A stretch of 64,000 nt of DNA. Origin: Chthoniobacteraceae bacterium. GTDB lineage: Bacteria > Verrucomicrobiota > Verrucomicrobiia > Chthoniobacterales > Chthoniobacteraceae. The translations under genes were made by a program, and so were the position numbers. Shown in pieces: positions 59,454 to 64,000 of this stretch (positions are counted from its first letter, which is position 1; each line of letters starts with the position of its first letter). The DNA is taken from NCBI GenBank assembly GCA_031409335.1, contig JANNWY010000195.1, positions 32,001 through 96,000 of the forward strand, given 5' to 3'. The notes below the pieces were generated by a model that did no database searches, was not told where the DNA came from, and saw only the letters and a program-made list of their open reading frames with translations.

Positions 59454-59484
59454 TTCGGATTTCTGTGCTAAACAACCCGCTCCC

Positions 59485-60279
59485 ATGGAGCCCACCTCGC
59501 TTGCCAATCTCACCGACACGCAATCCCAGCGCGACTCGCGCAAGATCCCGATCGACCGCGTCGGCATCAAGGGCCTGCGCTACCCGATGCAGGTGCGCGA
59601 CAAAGCCCACGTCATCCAACACACGATCGCGACCGTCACGCTCACCGTCGATCTTCCGCACCAATTCAAGGGCACGCACATGAGCCGCTTCGTGGAAGTG
59701 CTCAACGAATTCGGCCCCGAACTGCACGTCGATAACATCCACACCATCCTCCGCGAACTCGTCACCCGACTCGACTCCGAGAAGGCGCACGTCGAATTCG
59801 ACTTCCCCTATTTTCTCGAAAAACGCGCGCCCGTCTCCGGCGCGGTCGGGCTCATGGATTACGGCGTGCGCTTCTCCGCCACGATCGAAAACGGCACGAT
59901 CGATTTCATCGTCACCGTCCTCGTGCCAGTGACGACGCTGTGCCCGTGCTCGAAAGCGATCAGCGACCAGGGCGCGCACAATCAGCGCGGGCTCGTCACG
60001 TTTTCCATCCGCAGCACCACGCCCGTCTGGATCGAGGAACTCACGCGCCTGGTGGAAGACTGCGCCTCCAGCGAACTCTACAGCTTGCTCAAACGCCCCG
60101 ACGAAAAAGCCGTCACGGAACGCGCCTACGCCAATCCCGTTTTCGTGGAAGACCTCGTCCGCGCCGTCGCCGCGCACGCGAATCGCGAGCCGCGCATCAC
60201 CTGGTATCGGGTGGAAGCGGAAAACTTCGAGAGCATCCACAATCACTCCGCCTACGCGCTGATCGAGAAGGCGAAGTGA
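59485..60279 (+). CDS. folE2: GTP cyclohydrolase IB
   Basis: IPIDRVGIK, KGTHMSRF, TLCPCSK, AHNQR, LKRPDEK.VTE, NPVFVED, ESIHNHSAYA. Confidence 0.96.
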   Translation: MEPTSLANLTDTQSQRDSRKIPIDRVGIKGLRYPMQVRDKAHVIQHTIATVTLTVDLPHQFKGTHMSRFVEVLNEFGPELHVDNIHTILRELVTRLDSEKAHVEFDFPYFLEKRAPVSGAVGLMDYGVRFSATIENGTIDFIVTVLVPVTTLCPCSKAISDQGAHNQRGLVTFSIRSTTPVWIEELTRLVEDCASSELYSLLKRPDEKAVTERAYANPVFVEDLVRAVAAHANREPRITWYRVEAENFESIHNHSAYALIEKAK

Positions 60280-60317
60280 GGGCGGAATAGGTGGAATGCG
60301 CTCGTCCTCCTCTTCCT

Positions 60318-60404
60318 CAACGCCAAACGCCAAACGTGAAAGAAAAGCCAAGCGCGTGGCGAAATCGTTTGGAGTTTATCGTTTGAAGTTTGGCGTTTGG
60401 CGTT
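60318..60404. repeat. Inverted heptamer-repeat hairpin (AAACGCC / GGCGTTT)
   Basis: caacgccaaacgccaaacg ... gtttggagtttatcgtttgaagtttggcgtttggcgttg. Confidence 0.65.
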
Positions 60405-60509
60405 GAGCCGCGCGCAGAGCCCGTCGATCGCGTCCTTCCGCGTAGGCCCCAAGTTGAATCGCACTCCCCTTTTGAGACTTTTCGCAGCCATCTTCGGCAA
60501 AGAAAAAAG

Positions 60510-60523
60510 TGTTCATTTGAACA
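60510..60523. promoter_or_regulatory. LexA (SOS) box, Verrucomicrobia type TGTTC-N4-GAACA
   Basis: TGTTC-ATTT-GAACA inside the longer palindrome AAAGTGTTCATTTGAACACTTT, 30 nt upstream of imuA. Confidence 0.85.
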
Positions 60524-60553
60524 CTTTCATTCCTTCCTGTACGGTCCCCGGCG

Positions 60554-61216
60554 ATGTCGTCCAACCGCACCATCATTCACCTCCGCGAGCTCATCCAGCG
60601 GCACCAAACCGCCCCGCCCCCGCGTGCCGCGGCGCGTCTGGAAACCGGCATCGCCAGCGTCGATGAAACCCTCGCAGGTGGCCTCCCAAAAGGCGCGCTC
60701 GTGGAAATCGTCAGCGCCCTCCCCGGCTGCGGCGCGTCGTCGCTGCTCGTCTCGCTCCTTCGCAAAAACGCCGCCGCCTCCCGCTGGTCCGCGCTGATCG
60801 ACGGCCACGACAATTTCGACCCCGCCTCTGCTGGCGAGGCCGTCCTCTCCTGCCTGCTCTGGATTCGCTGCCGCACCGCCGACGAAGCCCTGCGCAGCGC
60901 CGATCTCCTCCTGCGCGATGGCAATCTCCCGCTCGTCATCCTCGACCTCCGCGGCAATCCCGACGCCGAACTCCGCCGCATCCCCACGCCGCAATGGTAT
61001 CGCCTCCAGCGCACCATAGAGCCCACTGGCATCGCCGGCCTCATCCTCACCCCGCGCCCGATGATCCCCTGCGCGCAAGCCCGTCTCCTTTTACAAAATC
61101 GCCTCAGCCTCGAAGCGCTCGACGACGAGCAGGAAACCATCGTGCGCACGCTGCGGATGGAGCTGACCCGAAATCGCGCGGCGATGAGCCACGAAGATTT
61201 GGCGCAGGCCGGGTGA
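60554..61216 (+). CDS. imuA: ImuA-like RecA-fold mutagenesis protein
   Basis: LETGIASVDETLAGGLPKGALVEI, ALIDGHDNFDP, ALRSADLLLRDGN..LVILDL; first gene of the cassette. Confidence 0.8.
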   Translation: MSSNRTIIHLRELIQRHQTAPPPRAAARLETGIASVDETLAGGLPKGALVEIVSALPGCGASSLLVSLLRKNAAASRWSALIDGHDNFDPASAGEAVLSCLLWIRCRTADEALRSADLLLRDGNLPLVILDLRGNPDAELRRIPTPQWYRLQRTIEPTGIAGLILTPRPMIPCAQARLLLQNRLSLEALDDEQETIVRTLRMELTRNRAAMSHEDLAQAG

Positions 61217-61233
61217 AGCATTTAGGAAAATGA

Positions 61234-61342
<109 letters not shown>

Positions 61343-61379
61343 ATCCCCCCCGCCCCCCCGCAGTTAAGCGCCGCCCCCC

Positions 61380-62828
61380 ATGTTCGCCGCGCTCCTCCTC
61401 CCCGATTTCGCCCTGCAAGCCGCGCTCCGCCACGAGCCCGCCCTCCGCGCGCGTCCCATCATCCTCCTCGCCGAAAAAGCCGCAAAATCGCCCATCCTCC
61501 AAAGCACCGCCGCCGCCCGCGCGCTCGGCATCGTGCCCGGCCTCACCGCCACCCAGGCGCAATCGCGCTGCCCGAGCGTCCTCGTAAAAATCCGCTCGCC
61601 CGAAGCCGAACGCACCGCCAGCCGCGCCCTGCTCGACACCGCGTTCAGCGCCTCGCCCTTCATCGAAGACACCGCGCCCGGCCTCTGCACCATCGAGTGC
61701 AAAGGCGCGCGCCTGCCCGACCCGCGCGAGCTTTCGCAAAACCTCCGCGCTCGCCTTACCGCGCTCGATCTCGACGCCAAAATCGGCATCGCGCCCACCG
61801 CCGATCTCGCCCTCCTCGCCGCGCAAAGCACGCCCGACTGGCGCGCCGTCCTTTGCGCCAGCGAACTCGCCGACCTGCCCATCGCGCAGCTCGATCCCTC
61901 GCCCGCCGTCCTCGGCGTTTTGGGAAAATGGGGCATCCGCACGCTCGGCGAATTCGTCGGGCTCGGACAGCGCGCCCTCGTCGAGCGACTCGGCGCGGAG
62001 GCGATCCCACTTTTCGCCCGCGCCACTGGCCGCGTCACGCGACCACTTCGCTGCCTGCCACCGCCGGAAGTCTTCGAGGAAAGCATCGAATTTGAGCAGG
62101 AAATCGAAACACTCGAACCGCTGCTCTTCATCCTCCGCCGCTTCATCGACGCCCTCGCGCTGCGCCTCGAAAGCGTGTGGCTCGTCGCCGCCGAACTCAC
62201 GCTCCGCCTCGGTCTCGCCGACGGCACCGAAACCGCGCGCACCTTCAAAATCCCATCACCGACGCGCCAGATCCCCGTGCTTTTTGGAATGCTCGAAACG
62301 CATCTCGAAAAGCTCACCGCCGCGCATCCCATCGTGCGACTGCACCTCGCCGCCACGCCCGCGCACGGCGCGCGGCAGCAGTTCGGACTTTTTGAAAGCG
62401 CCCTGCGCGACCCGAATCAATTTTACGAAACCCTCGCCCGCCTCACCGCGCTCGTCGGCCACGACCGCGTCGGCGTCCCCATCCTCGAACCCACCCATCG
62501 CCCCGAATCCTTCCGCCTCATCCCCGCCGATTTCACCGCCCCGCCGCGCGCCGCCGACGCCGCCGCGCTCCCGCTCGGCCTCGCGCTCCACCGCTTCCGC
62601 CCACCCATCCCCGCCAACGTGCAAATCGACGGACGCCCGACTTTTCTCCACACCGAAAAACTGCGCGGCCCGATCACCGCCGCGCATGGCCCCATGCTGC
62701 TTTCCGGCGATTGGTGGGAAGGCCGCGCCTGGAGCCGCGCCGAGTGGGATGTGCAAATCGACGGTGGGCCGCTGTGCCGGATTTATGAGCAGGAAGGCGC
62801 TTGGGCGTTGGAGGGAGTTTATGACTAG
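61380..62828 (+). CDS. imuB: ImuB, inactive Y-family DNA polymerase
   Basis: Y-family N-terminus without catalytic acids (AARALGIVPGLTATQA, SPFIE), WGIRTLGEF, QFGLF clamp-like motif, GP..LSGDWW. Confidence 0.88.
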   Translation: MFAALLLPDFALQAALRHEPALRARPIILLAEKAAKSPILQSTAAARALGIVPGLTATQAQSRCPSVLVKIRSPEAERTASRALLDTAFSASPFIEDTAPGLCTIECKGARLPDPRELSQNLRARLTALDLDAKIGIAPTADLALLAAQSTPDWRAVLCASELADLPIAQLDPSPAVLGVLGKWGIRTLGEFVGLGQRALVERLGAEAIPLFARATGRVTRPLRCLPPPEVFEESIEFEQEIETLEPLLFILRRFIDALALRLESVWLVAAELTLRLGLADGTETARTFKIPSPTRQIPVLFGMLETHLEKLTAAHPIVRLHLAATPAHGARQQFGLFESALRDPNQFYETLARLTALVGHDRVGVPILEPTHRPESFRLIPADFTAPPRAADAAALPLGLALHRFRPPIPANVQIDGRPTFLHTEKLRGPITAAHGPMLLSGDWWEGRAWSRAEWDVQIDGGPLCRIYEQEGAWALEGVYD

Positions 62829-62849
62829 CGCGGGGATGCCTGCGGCGCT

Positions 62850-62936
62850 GAACATCGAACATCGAACGTCGAACGTCGAACATCGAAGTTCGGATGACGC
62901 GTCGCACGGGCTTTCCGACTTCGATGTTCGATGTTC
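62850..62936. repeat. (GAACATC)n...(GATGTTC)n inverted heptamer array
   Basis: Same family as 61234-61342, between imuB and dnaE2. Confidence 0.85.
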
Positions 62937-62951
62937 AGCCGCGCAGCGCCC

Positions 62952-64000
62952 ATGAGTTACACCGAACTCCACGCCCGCAGCGCCTTCAGCTTCCTCCGCG
63001 GCAGCGCGCAACCCAGCGAACTAGCCACCGTCGCCGCGCACCTCGACCTGCCAGCCGTCGCCTTATGCGATCGCGATGGCTTGTATGGCACCCCGCGCTT
63101 CACCTCCGCCGCCGCTGAGTTGGGTGTGCGCCCCATCGTCGGCTGCGAACTCACCTTAACCGACAACACCATCCTTCCCGTCCTGGTAGAAAACCGGCGC
63201 GGCTACAACAACCTCTGTACGCTCCTCAGCCGCGCGCATCTCCGCACGACGAAAGGACAATCCGCGATTGCCATCGACGAGCTACCCGAGTTCGCGGAAG
63301 GCCTGATCGCACTTGCCGGAAAAGGCGCGCCGATTCCCGAACTCATTCGCATCTTCGGCCACGGAAATGTCTTCGTCGAACTCCAGCGCCACCGCCTCCG
63401 TGGCGAAGAGCGCAGCATCCGTCAGCAAGTCAGCGTGGCGCGAAAGCATCGCCTCCCTTTGCTCGCCACCAACGGCGTGGACTACGCCACCGCCGGGGGC
63501 CGACCGCTGCTCGATGTCTTCAACTGCCTGCGCCATCACACCCATCTCGACGCCGCGGGCCGTCTGCTCAGCCCGAATGGCGAACGCCGTCTCAAGTCCG
63601 CTGCGGAAATGATCGCGCTTTTTCATGACCTTCCCGAAGCCATCGCCAACACCGTCACGCTCGCTGAACGCCTTACCTTCCGTCTTGGCGAACTAGGCTA
63701 CCAATTCCCCTGCTATCAACCGCCCGATAACACCACGCAGGAAGCCTTCCTCCGTCGCGTCTCCTATGAAGGCGCGCACCGACGCTACGGCCCAAAACTC
63801 CCAGAAAAAATCCCCCGTCAGTTGGAGCACGAACTAGCCTTGATCGGAAAGTTAGGTTTCGCCGGGTACTTCCTCATCGTCTGGGACATCGTCAATTTCT
63901 GCCGGGATGAAAACATCATGGTGCAAGGCCGCGGCAGCGCCGCGAATTCCGCCGTCTGTTTCTGCCTGGGCATCACCGCCGTCGATGCCGTCGAGCACGA
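62952..64000 (+). CDS. dnaE2: Error-prone DNA polymerase DnaE2 (ImuC), 3' end outside window
   Basis: Translated by hand from ATG 62952: MSYTELHARSAFSFLRGS..AVALCDRDGLYG..GYFLIVWDIV..QGRGSAANSAVCFCLGITAVD. Not in the ORF track because it lacks a stop in the window. Confidence 0.93.
   Translation, partial: MSYTELHARSAFSFLRGSAQPSELATVAAHLDLPAVALCDRDGLYGTPRFTSAAAELGVRPIVGCELTLTDNTILPVLVENRRGYNNLCTLLSRAHLRTTKGQSAIAIDELPEFAEGLIALAGKGAPIPELIRIFGHGNVFVELQRHRLRGEERSIRQQVSVARKHRLPLLATNGVDYATAGGRPLLDVFNCLRHHTHLDAAGRLLSPNGERRLKSAAEMIALFHDLPEAIANTVTLAERLTFRLGELGYQFPCYQPPDNTTQEAFLRRVSYEGAHRRYGPKLPEKIPRQLEHELALIGKLGFAGYFLIVWDIVNFCRDENIMVQGRGSAANSAVCFCLGITAVDAVEH

Noticed and set aside
57934..60279. folA-thyA-folE2 cluster as a novel system
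   Set aside because: Ordinary folate/thymidylate housekeeping linkage.

Overview
GC-rich bacterial chromosomal window, most likely Verrucomicrobiota (Chthoniobacter-like). The lineage call is inferred from the PEP-CTERM/passenger-repeat proteins, a TGTTC-N4-GAACA LexA box and the style of the intergenic palindromes. From 1 to 27 kb there is a large cell-surface locus: the 3' end of a DUF928-like gene, one TpsB (ShlB/FhaC) transporter, three filamentous-haemagglutinin-type TpsA proteins that share an almost invariant Cys-containing C-terminal tail, and three PEP-CTERM proteins. One TpsA carries what looks like a circularly permuted P-domain. From 27 to 37.5 kb an orphan EhpF-like adenylating enzyme lies divergent from a ~2900-aa FHA / ~2500-aa coiled-coil / pseudokinase gene, which is the most unusual single gene here. 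From 37.7 to 48.7 kb come a PQQ-propeller/MFS/BNR operon, a patch of gene fragments, a propeller-diheme cytochrome and another PEP-CTERM gene. From 48.8 to 64 kb the genes are mostly housekeeping: LbH protein, YfgM-like TPR protein, two bactofilins, hybrid kinase, rapA, lipase, folA, thyA, folE2 and a LexA-boxed imuA-imuB-dnaE2 cassette that runs off the right edge. Several REPIN-like palindromes and heptamer-repeat hairpins sit between genes. No rRNA, tRNA, CRISPR array or intact transposase was seen. All family calls come from motif recognition by eye, not database searches.
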